A stretch of 64,000 nt of DNA, from contig CAVYQB010000012.1 of assembly GCA_963770465.1 (NCBI GenBank), positions 3,367-67,366 on the forward strand. Direction: 5' to 3'. Within the stretch, counting starts at the first letter, position 1. Every line of letters begins with the position of its first letter. Below, piece after piece: positions 56,090 through 64,000 of the stretch. Made by a program: the position numbers and the translations under genes. This stretch comes from an uncultured Acidobacteriota bacterium (GTDB lineage Bacteria; Acidobacteriota; Terriglobia; Terriglobales; Acidobacteriaceae). The notes under the pieces are model-generated. The model had not been told where the DNA came from, did no database searches, and was given only the letters and a program-made list of their open reading frames with translations.

Positions 56090-57520
56090 ATGCCGACCGA
56101 ACTGCGAAATTTTTTGGCTATCCCGTACGACGAATTGGAAGAGATGAACTTGAACGCGAAAGAGCAGCGTCAGAATCGTGTTCCCATTCACAAGATTCAA
56201 GAAGAGCGGATTGAATACCTCAGCGAAGAGAAACGCATCAAGGCTGTAACCGTGCTGTTCAGCGACCTTGAAGGCCGCCTGCACATGCTCGATTACGACA
56301 AAAAATTCCTGATCAAGAGCTGGGACAATCTTACATTCGATGGCTCGTCGATTCGCGGTTTCACTGCGCAGCGGGAAAGCGATCTTCGTCTGGGAATCGA
56401 TTGGGGCGCATTCTACTGGGGTCCAGCCGACGTTTTCGGACCCGGCAAAGTGCTGGTCTTCGGCGACGTAATCGATAAGGGTGGTACACCCTACAGCGCC
56501 GACATCCGCGGCATTCTCAAAACTTATGCCGAGGGACTGAATAAAAAACACGGTTACACGCTGAACGCGGCCAACGAAATTGAAGGCTTTCTGTTTCAGG
56601 GGCCGGATGCGGAGCGGCGCTATCACGAGACGGGAAAGTTTGAGTACGTGAACACCGGCGGCTATTATCATTCGCTGCCCGGCGACGTGTTGCGCTCTTT
56701 CATCGATACTACGGCGGAAGTGCAGCGTAGCATGGGTTTTCAGAATGAAAAAGATCATCCCGAAGTGGCGCCTTCACAGTTCGAAATCAACTATGGCTAC
56801 GGCGAAGTAGTGGCTGCGGCCGACCAGATACAGCTCTACAAGCTCATTTGCCGCCAGGTTGCGACCAAAATGGGGTGCACTGCGTCCTTCTTACCCAAAC
56901 CTGTGGTCGGCGTAAATGGCAGCGGAATGCACACCAACGTTTCGATCAGTAAAGGCGGCAAGAATTTATTTTGGGATGCGAAAGGCGAAGAGAAGCTCAG
57001 CAAAATCGGCTGGGAATTTATCGACCGCATTCTCACCCACGGCAACGATCTCTGCCTGCTATTAAACGCCAGCGTCAATGCTTATCGCCGCTTGGACCCG
57101 CATTTCGAGGCACCGAATCAGATCAAAGCTTCGCCAACTGACCGCGGATCGATGATTCGCATTCCAATCGGCAACGAAAAAAGCATGCGCGTGGAAGTTC
57201 GCTCGGTTTCGCCGGACGCCAATCCGTATCTGGTTATGCTGTCGATCTTCAAGACTGGACTCGACGGCGATACCGCCAAGATCAAAAACTTGCGCCAGGC
57301 GCAGCGCTTCTTGCCGGATAACATCTACGACGCGCTGGCGAATTTTCGCAACGCCGATTGGACAACGAAATTGCTTGGCGAAGATGTGAAGGCTCGCTAC
57401 GCCGATTTGAAGCAGGCGTCGGCTGATCGTTGTCCGCGGCTGCTGGGAACGTTCGTGAAGGCTCCCGAAGTGCAGTATCACCACGACGTGTACAACCAGT
57501 TCCTGTGGAATTTGTTCTAA
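56090..57520 (+). CDS. glnA: glutamine synthetase family protein (type I-like)
   Basis: Beta-grasp N-terminus (FDGSSIRGF) and catalytic domain (KPVVGVNGSGMHTNVS, NAYRRL). Confidence 0.85.
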   Translation: MPTELRNFLAIPYDELEEMNLNAKEQRQNRVPIHKIQEERIEYLSEEKRIKAVTVLFSDLEGRLHMLDYDKKFLIKSWDNLTFDGSSIRGFTAQRESDLRLGIDWGAFYWGPADVFGPGKVLVFGDVIDKGGTPYSADIRGILKTYAEGLNKKHGYTLNAANEIEGFLFQGPDAERRYHETGKFEYVNTGGYYHSLPGDVLRSFIDTTAEVQRSMGFQNEKDHPEVAPSQFEINYGYGEVVAAADQIQLYKLICRQVATKMGCTASFLPKPVVGVNGSGMHTNVSISKGGKNLFWDAKGEEKLSKIGWEFIDRILTHGNDLCLLLNASVNAYRRLDPHFEAPNQIKASPTDRGSMIRIPIGNEKSMRVEVRSVSPDANPYLVMLSIFKTGLDGDTAKIKNLRQAQRFLPDNIYDALANFRNADWTTKLLGEDVKARYADLKQASADRCPRLLGTFVKAPEVQYHHDVYNQFLWNLF

Positions 57521-57679
57521 ATCCACGCCCATAGTCTTGTGAAATTAACATTCCGTTAACCTCTTAGGCCGCTTCCGTGGTTATAAGAAAAGTGTAGTTG
57601 CCGCTTCATGGAAGTCCGCAGGTGTTAGTCCGGGGCACGCCGGACGTCACTATCAAACCTCTGGCCAAGGAGAGTCTTA

Positions 57680-59020
57680 ATGGCTATCAATCGTAGAGAT
57701 TTTATTCGCGGTGCTGCTGGTGCGTCCGGGGCGTTGGCTGCAGGGTCGGTGCTCGGCAAAAATCTGTTGGCCAGCGAAACTGAAGGCTTACCGATACTGC
57801 CAAGCCCCAACGATTCCGGTATCGAGCACATCGTTTTCGTAATGATGGAGAATCGCAGTTTCGATCATTTGCTGGGTTGGCTGCCGGGCGCGAAGGGCCA
57901 CCAGGGCGGCCTGAGTTACAAAGATAAAAATGGTGTATCCCATGACACCTATCGTCTGCAGAGTTATACCGGCTGTCCGCATCCTGATCCTGACCACTCG
58001 TACGAGGGCGGACGCTCCGAGTACGATCACGGCAAAATGGATGGTTGGCTGCGCACAACGACGAACGACGTTTACTGCATTGGCTACTACGCGGAGGAAG
58101 ATCTAAAGTTCTTCAGCGCCTTCGCGCGAAACTATACGACGCTGGATAATTTCTTTCCGTCGATTCTGTCTTCGACATTTCCGAACCGCATGTTCTCGTG
58201 GGCTGCCCAGACCGACCGCCTGGATAACTCCGTCACCATTTCGAAACTGCCCACGATTCTCGACACTTTAGCTGCGGCGAACGTAGGCGTTACCTACTAT
58301 TTCAACAATGTTCCTTTCCTGGCGTTGTGGGGAACCAAGTATCTTTCGGTTTCGGCTCCCTACGCGGAGTTCCTGGTTCAGGCTGCTCTTGGGACGCTGC
58401 CGCCAGTTTCATTTGTCGATCCCATTTACACCATCACTGACGACGGCACTGGAAATGACGATCATCCGCATGCTGACTTGCGACGCGGAGAAGCTTTTGT
58501 TCAGCAAGTCTTTAACGCCGTGACCCAGGGACCTGATTGGGACAACACTGTGCTGATCATCAGCCGTGATGAGTGGGGTGGTTTCTTTGAACACATCGTT
58601 CCGCCGCGCGTCATCGCCCCTAACGATGTTGACAAAGATCTGGTACATGGCAAAGCGCTGCTAGGCTGCCGCGTGCCGGTGGTTATCGCTTCGCCATTCA
58701 GTCGCGGGAATCCTAACAGTCCGCGAATCAATTCGCTGCTGTACGATCACACTTCGGTGCTGAAGTTTATTGAGTGGCGATTTAGCCTTCCGCCGCTAAC
58801 CAAACGCGATGCATCAAACGAAATCAACAACCTGGTATATGCGCTTGATTTGAACAATCCGAATCCTGCCGTGCCATCGCTGCCTAACGTGACCGCACCT
58901 CCGCCCAAAGGTTGCCCCGGCGCAATCGTCAACGGCCATGCGAACGGTAGGACGGATTCTTATGATTTGCTTCAGGCTGCTGCTCTGCAGGGGTGGCCAG
59001 TGTCCGCCGAATTGCCCTGA
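57680..59020 (+). CDS. Tat-exported phosphoesterase family protein (phospholipase C/AcpA-like)
   Basis: Twin-arginine signal NRRDFIRGAAGA. MENRSFDHLLG motif of the phosphoesterase family. Confidence 0.85.
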   Translation: MAINRRDFIRGAAGASGALAAGSVLGKNLLASETEGLPILPSPNDSGIEHIVFVMMENRSFDHLLGWLPGAKGHQGGLSYKDKNGVSHDTYRLQSYTGCPHPDPDHSYEGGRSEYDHGKMDGWLRTTTNDVYCIGYYAEEDLKFFSAFARNYTTLDNFFPSILSSTFPNRMFSWAAQTDRLDNSVTISKLPTILDTLAAANVGVTYYFNNVPFLALWGTKYLSVSAPYAEFLVQAALGTLPPVSFVDPIYTITDDGTGNDDHPHADLRRGEAFVQQVFNAVTQGPDWDNTVLIISRDEWGGFFEHIVPPRVIAPNDVDKDLVHGKALLGCRVPVVIASPFSRGNPNSPRINSLLYDHTSVLKFIEWRFSLPPLTKRDASNEINNLVYALDLNNPNPAVPSLPNVTAPPPKGCPGAIVNGHANGRTDSYDLLQAAALQGWPVSAELP

Positions 59021-59044
59021 TCGCCTTTGCTAATTAATCCGCAT

Positions 59045-59072
59045 GTAGAGACGTAGCTTGCTACGTCTCTAC
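59045..59072 (+). terminator. 13-bp perfect palindromic hairpin after the phosphoesterase gene
   Basis: gtagagacgtagc tt gctacgtctctac. No U tract. Confidence 0.4.
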
Positions 59073-59192
59073 GGAGCTTCATCGTCGTAGCACCTCCGTG
59101 CGTCACAATTTAGTGGAAGGGTGAGCACGCTACTGTCATAATTATGGGTTGAGGGAGCGTATCCTCTGGCCACAACCTCGGTAATTCAAAAC

Positions 59193-60875
59193 TTGGAAGA
59201 GCGCTGGCTGCCTGCGTCCATTCTTTGCCTGCGCGATTACAGCCCGAATAAATTCCTGCACGACTTGATCGCGGGCGTAACCGTCGGATTAGTGGCGTTA
59301 CCGCTGGCCATGGCATTTGCCATTGCTTCTGGCTTGTCACCGCAAGCGGGAATTTATTGCGCAGTGGTGACCGGGTTCCTCATTTCCGCATTAGGCGGAT
59401 CGAAGACGCAAATTGGAGGACCGACTGGCGCATTTGTCGTGGTAGTGGCGGGAATTGTCGCGGTGCACGGCGTCGATGGCCTGTTCATGTGCACGGTGAT
59501 GGCCGGCGTTCTACTCGTCATTCTTGGCGCGACGGGCATGGGCACGGCCGTGAAGTTCATCCCGCGGCCCATCGTGATTGGTTTCACCAACGGAATCGCG
59601 GTTCTGATTGCCAGCACGCAAATTAAAGATTTGTTTGGATTGAAGATCGACAAGGTTCCGGGAATTTTCTGGCTGCGCATGGAAACCATAGCGGCAAATT
59701 TCCATACGCTGTCGTATGCAGCCACAGTACTCGGCGTCGTAACCCTGGTAACCCTGCTGGCATGCCGCGCGTTTTCGAATCGTATTCCCGGACCCATTGT
59801 CGCAATGATCGCCGGCACGATAGCAGTGGTCGCATTCAAACTTCCAGTTGAAACCATTGGCACACGTTTCGGAGGAATTCCCAGCGGCCTACCTCATTTT
59901 GCCATTCCGCACTTTCGCACCGATCTTATTCACGGGTTGCTCGGTCCAGCATTCACGGTTGCCATGCTCGGCGCAATTGAGTCGTTGATGTCAGCCGTTG
60001 TGGCCGACCGGATGAGCAACGACCATCACAACCCGAATGTTGAATTGATGGCGCAGGGCGTCGCCAATATTGTTTCCCCTATGTTCGGCGGACTGCCCGC
60101 CACGGGCGCGATTGCGCGCACCGCAACTAATATCCGCGCTGGTGCTAAGACTCCGGTTGCGGGAATGATTCACTCGCTCACCTTGGTATGCGTGCTCCTG
60201 TTCGCCGCGCGTCTGACCAGCTATATTCCGATGGCCGCACTGTCAGCGATTTTGCTGGTAGTCGCCTACAACATGGGTGAATGGCGCGAGATTCCGCAAC
60301 TACTCAAGCTCACGAAAACTGACATAAGCATATGGTTGGTCACGTTTGCGCTTACAGTGTTTGCCGACCTCACGGTCGCAGTCGAGGCGGGCATGATTCT
60401 CGCGGCATTGCTCTTCATTGGGCGAGTCGCGAACACGACGACGGTATCGCAGGTTACTGACGATTACGTGGAAGATGGACGCGTACACATTCTGCAGGAC
60501 AAAGACATTCCGTACTACGCCACGATCTTCCGCATTCACGGACCGTTCCTGTTTGGGGCGACTGACAAAGTCTCGACGATCATCAACAAGATTGATGAAT
60601 TACCGCCAGTGGTAATTCTGCGTTTGCGCAACATGACTGCGATCGACGCCACCGGTTTATTCGCACTGGAAGAAGTGGCGCGCGAGTTGCATGCGGCTAA
60701 GCGCACGTTGATCCTCTGCGGTGCCCGCGAACAGCCCGCCAAGCTTATCCGGCAAGCCGAGTTTGAAGATGTAATCGGACACGAAAATATTTGCGACAAC
60801 GTGCAGGACGCGCTGCGCCGAGCGGAAGACGTCTTTGAGGGTCTGGAAACTCAGGCCACGGCGGGCGCCTCCTGA
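59193..60875 (+). CDS. SulP-family anion transporter with C-terminal STAS domain
   Basis: DLIAGVTVGLVALPLAMAFAIASG, multi-TM, STAS tail. Confidence 0.9.
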   Translation: MEERWLPASILCLRDYSPNKFLHDLIAGVTVGLVALPLAMAFAIASGLSPQAGIYCAVVTGFLISALGGSKTQIGGPTGAFVVVVAGIVAVHGVDGLFMCTVMAGVLLVILGATGMGTAVKFIPRPIVIGFTNGIAVLIASTQIKDLFGLKIDKVPGIFWLRMETIAANFHTLSYAATVLGVVTLVTLLACRAFSNRIPGPIVAMIAGTIAVVAFKLPVETIGTRFGGIPSGLPHFAIPHFRTDLIHGLLGPAFTVAMLGAIESLMSAVVADRMSNDHHNPNVELMAQGVANIVSPMFGGLPATGAIARTATNIRAGAKTPVAGMIHSLTLVCVLLFAARLTSYIPMAALSAILLVVAYNMGEWREIPQLLKLTKTDISIWLVTFALTVFADLTVAVEAGMILAALLFIGRVANTTTVSQVTDDYVEDGRVHILQDKDIPYYATIFRIHGPFLFGATDKVSTIINKIDELPPVVILRLRNMTAIDATGLFALEEVARELHAAKRTLILCGAREQPAKLIRQAEFEDVIGHENICDNVQDALRRAEDVFEGLETQATAGAS

Positions 60876-60943
60876 GCCCGGTGCTCCCCCGAGGCCGAAC
60901 TCATACACTTTGACGCCCGCCAAGACCCAGCGGAAAGTGAAAC

Positions 60944-61243
60944 TTACTTACTGCCGGCAGTGTCCGTGGCCGGAGCCGCCTGGGTTATTCCCAGGTAGCC
61001 TTCCACCGCTTGCGTGGACAAGTCTGTGAGAACGGAAATTTGTGAGACTGACTGGCCTTGCGTATTCAAAAGCTGGACTTGCGCGTCTTCTGAAAGTTTC
61101 ACAGTGTATGCGGTTGTGTTAGTTTTACTGGCTTGCTTCACTGCTGTGGCTGGTGCTGTATTTGTTGTTTGTGGTTGCGCTGCGGCGGCTTGCGGGGCGG
61201 CGCCAAAGTCGAAATTGGTTCCCCCAGAAATCGGAGTTGCCAT
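60944..61243 (-). CDS. small hypothetical protein (low-complexity N-terminal half)
   Basis: Strong GAAGGAGGAA SD directly upstream of the ATG. Confidence 0.55.
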   Translation of the reverse strand: MATPISGGTNFDFGAAPQAAAAQPQTTNTAPATAVKQASKTNTTAYTVKLSEDAQVQLLNTQGQSVSQISVLTDLSTQAVEGYLGITQAAPATDTAGSK

Positions 61244-61394
61244 AATATTCCTCCTTCAACCTACCGTTATCCTGGATTATCGGCAGCTCCGCACATAACT
61301 TTAGGACCTACTTGACCCCTCGGAACCGTGATGGTTCTAAAGTATTTAGAAGAACACCCGAGACAAAACGCACGGGGAGGACGCCCGCCTACTC

Positions 61395-61877
61395 CTACTT
61401 TCTGCTTTGAGCGAGCGCTGCGGTAGTGGCTTTGGTCGCTCTTAGATAGTCGGCGGGCGCAATCAGGATTTGCATTCCCCGTACGCCCGCCGAAACTGAA
61501 ATCAGGTCGAAAAGTTCGACGGTCTCGTCCACATACACCGGATAATCTTTCTTAGCAGCTAAGCCCGTGACTCCGCCGCGAATGTATCCGGTAAGCACTG
61601 GCAATTCCTTGACCCTAACCAATTGAATCTTGCGGTCTCCAGATGCGGCGCTCAGGGCTTTGAGATCGAGTTCAGTGTCGCCGGGGATCACGGCCATGCA
61701 GACCCCATTACGGTCGCCACGAGCCAGCAGCGTCTTAAACACTTGCTCGGCGGGTAATCCAATTTTCGCCGCGACGCTTTCGGCTGCGAGGTCTGCGGGA
61801 TCGACTTCGTATTCTCGCAGTTCATAAGTGATCCCCAGTTGATCAAGGAGGCGCGCCGCGTTGGTCTTGCGGACCAT
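61395..61877 (-). CDS. ybaK: Cys-tRNA(Pro)/Cys-tRNA(Cys) deacylase YbaK
   Basis: [19 protein letters not shown]...[10 protein letters not shown]. Confidence 0.9.
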   Translation of the reverse strand: MVRKTNAARLLDQLGITYELREYEVDPADLAAESVAAKIGLPAEQVFKTLLARGDRNGVCMAVIPGDTELDLKALSAASGDRKIQLVRVKELPVLTGYIRGGVTGLAAKKDYPVYVDETVELFDLISVSAGVRGMQILIAPADYLRATKATTAALAQSRK

Positions 61878-61892
61878 GCTTGAATTCTATCC

Positions 61893-61965
61893 TTTGTAGC
61901 GCTGGCATCTCGTCGGCTGGGGGCGTTCGCCCGCCTTCGGGCCGCCAAGATGGCGGCGCTACAAA
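61893..61965. repeat. imperfect 73-nt palindromic repeat (TTTGTAGCGC...GCGCTACAAA)
   Basis: 10-bp perfect outer arms. Inner arms ggcatctcgtcggc / gccgccaagatggc are partly complementary. Confidence 0.6.
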
Positions 61966-62086
61966 ATCCGCCGAGTTCTGGGCTACGCCTTCGCATCGTG
62001 AATTTTCCAGCTCCATGAGGTATTGCCAGGTTGCCAGTTTGGGGCTTGCGGCTTTATAGTCGGTTTGCAGATGAGAGGAGTGCTCG

Positions 62087-62440
62087 ATGCTCCGAATGCT
62101 TTTGCACTGGGTGGTTACGGCGCTGGCGGTTTGGATCACCTCGCGGGTTGTGCCGGGGTTTTATGTCAATGGCGCCAGCGCGGCCCTGATTGCCGCAGTC
62201 GTCATCGGACTGGTGAATGCGACCATCGGTCTGTTTTTGAAGATCATCACCTTCCCGCTCACCATCCTGACCTTTGGACTTTTCTGGTTTGTGATTAATG
62301 CCATCATGCTGGAACTGGCGTCCGCCTTCGTTCCTGGCTTTCACATCACAACTTTTGGAGCTGCATTTATAGGGGCGATCGTGCTCACCTTGGTGAACAC
62401 GCTGCTCAAGTGGCTGGTGATGCCGTCGCCGCGCGCATAA
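62087..62440 (+). CDS. phage-holin-family (Phage_holin_4_2/YvlD-like) membrane protein
   Basis: Four TM helices. LAVWITSRVVPGF...FWFVINAIMLELASAFVPGF. Confidence 0.75.
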   Translation: MLRMLLHWVVTALAVWITSRVVPGFYVNGASAALIAAVVIGLVNATIGLFLKIITFPLTILTFGLFWFVINAIMLELASAFVPGFHITTFGAAFIGAIVLTLVNTLLKWLVMPSPRA

Positions 62441-62453
62441 TTTTCGGAGTAAC

Positions 62454-63311
62454 TTACTGATCGCTTTTCGCCCGCTTGGCCGGATTCATCAACTTCCATT
62501 CGTCTTCAGTTAACAATCTTCCTAAGCTGGTGAATTCGCCTGCGCCCTGTAATTGTTCGCCTCCGTCCATGACCACCACTTCGCCATTGATGTATCCGGA
62601 GCCATCGCTCACCAGAAAAACTGCAAGATTCGCCAATTCCTCGAGAGTACCGAAGCGGTGCATAGGAATTCGCTTTCGGGCAAACTCTTCCAACTCCGGC
62701 CGCGGAAGCAAACGCGAGAATGCTCCTTCGGTGGGAATGGGTCCGGGAGCGATAGCGTTCATGCGGATGCCACGGTCTCCCCATTCCACCGCGAGACTGC
62801 GAGTCAGCGCGACAACTCCGGCCTTGGCCATTGCCGAAGGAACCACGTAAGCTGAGCCAGTCGATGTATAGGTGGCGGCAATGTTCAAGACGTTTCCGGC
62901 GTGGGATTCTTTCAACCATCTGCGGCCACAAGCCATGGTGAGGTTGATTGTGCCCGTCAGCACAATTCCGAGCACGGCTTCAAAGGCGCGGGGAGAAAGT
63001 TCTTCCGTGCGAGCCAGAAAGTTTCCAGCGGCGTTGTTCACCAGGATATCGAGCGGAGCCGCGCTCCAAATCGTCTCGACCATTTGTTCCACCTGTGCGA
63101 GGTCGCGAACGTCGCAAGGGAAAGAATGAATTCTATTCGGAGCCACGCGGTTCAACTCTGCTTCTGTCTCTGATAAAACTTCGCGACGGCGTCCGCAGAT
63201 GTACACCGTGGCCCCCAGCTGCAGAAAACGGTGGGCCATGCTTTTGCCCAGGCCGGTACCGCCGCCAGTAATGAGAATGCGTTTGTCGCGCAGCAGATCA
63301 GGTTGAAACAT
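62454..63311 (-). CDS. SDR-family oxidoreductase (2,4-dienoyl-CoA reductase-like)
   Basis: ITGGGTGLG, NNAAGNF, YxxxK region (SAMAKAG). Confidence 0.85.
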   Translation of the reverse strand: MFQPDLLRDKRILITGGGTGLGKSMAHRFLQLGATVYICGRRREVLSETEAELNRVAPNRIHSFPCDVRDLAQVEQMVETIWSAAPLDILVNNAAGNFLARTEELSPRAFEAVLGIVLTGTINLTMACGRRWLKESHAGNVLNIAATYTSTGSAYVVPSAMAKAGVVALTRSLAVEWGDRGIRMNAIAPGPIPTEGAFSRLLPRPELEEFARKRIPMHRFGTLEELANLAVFLVSDGSGYINGEVVVMDGGEQLQGAGEFTSLGRLLTEDEWKLMNPAKRAKSDQ

Positions 63312-63368
63312 GATTCGTTTTAACCAGGAATGAGCGATTGTAATCCAGCAAGCCCCGCGACTGGATCA

Positions 63369-64000
63369 TCAGGATTGAGGATGTCTTTTCTTATTCAGCT
63401 TGCGACGAATATCGGGCCAGAACTCTTTCACCACGATGGTAACCGTGTCGTACCCGACCTGGCTTCCCCAAACGCTGGCGGTGTTCGGCACATTGCGATC
63501 GCCTCTCGGATGGTAGCTATATGTTGAAATAGCCGACGACACGGCGCTGCCAACGACTTCGGAGTAGTTAAATTGCTCGCCTCCGGAATCGGTCCGGGTA
63601 ACAAAGATGCGGCTGACTGCGTATCCGGTGCGATGCCAGAATCCCCCTTTTCCCGACTGGAAAAAACGAGGATCCTGATGCAGGAAAGCGGGGAAAATAG
63701 CGCCGGTAAAGTAGTTCTCGATGGTGCCGTCGGCAAAGTATGCTCCGAAGCGTTTGCCATAACCTTCGGCGCCCTGTCCATAGCCGGGTTCGCTGTTCTC
63801 CGCTTGGCTAATCCCAGCCAGAAGTCCGTACCATGGAATTTGGATGTAATCGAATGACCCGCGAGTCACTACTTTAAATTTTTGCCCGACCGTGAGCGGC
63901 GGAACTTGCCCGCTATTTTCCAGCGTCAAGAAGTTTGGCAGGGCGTAGAAAAGCCGGTCGTTCGAGGTGCCCTGGTTCTTGTCGGCAGATTTTGGGTCCG
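63369..64000 (-). CDS. hypothetical protein (5' end beyond window)
   Basis: The track ORF 63369..63929 stays open in frame upstream to the window edge (...DRLFYALPNFLTLEN...). Confidence 0.6.
   Translation of the reverse strand, partial: DPKSADKNQGTSNDRLFYALPNFLTLENSGQVPPLTVGQKFKVVTRGSFDYIQIPWYGLLAGISQAENSEPGYGQGAEGYGKRFGAYFADGTIENYFTGAIFPAFLHQDPRFFQSGKGGFWHRTGYAVSRIFVTRTDSGGEQFNYSEVVGSAVSSAISTYSYHPRGDRNVPNTASVWGSQVGYDTVTIVVKEFWPDIRRKLNKKRHPQS

Overview
Dense 64-kb chromosomal window with about 70 protein genes. GC is roughly mid-to-high 50s percent, judged from hand counts on single 60-nt lines. I saw no rRNA, tRNA, CRISPR array, transposase or integrase. Most of it is housekeeping: rho, gltX, relA/spoT, rpmB, pcrA/uvrD, a second UvrD-nuclease helicase, lgt, rluD, ybaK, ridA, bfr, modA, thiolase, glutamine synthetase, an ATP-dependent DNA ligase, and a 2-oxoacid:ferredoxin oxidoreductase operon with a CoA-transferase. 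The gene content and the many short hairpin-repeat families suggest a soil Acidobacteriota-type genome; that is recollection and inference, not a search result. Accessory or unusual content: (i) at the left edge, two translationally coupled P-loop NTPase genes (one with wHTH and TPR) on a lower-GC patch, next to a stand-alone PD-(D/E)XK nuclease. This is my best candidate for an uncharacterised sensor/conflict-type module. (ii) Three type II TA modules: hicAB directly after rho, and Doc/AbrB-type back-to-back with Xre(DUF2384)/RES. (iii) A promoter-to-terminator unit carrying a 15-codon Lys-rich micro-ORF, and a second Lys-rich small ORF. (iv) A candidate ~200-nt structured sRNA upstream of lgt. 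(v) Two genes split by 1-nt frame disruptions (comM/yifB and a triple-VOC protein downstream of an ECF sigma factor), plus SDR gene remnants. (vi) At least five families of palindromic or hairpin repeats, some embedded in coding sequence (korA 3' end, a pcrA linker). All protein calls come from reading the supplied translations and my own translation of the edge ORFs. No database search, alignment or folding was run.
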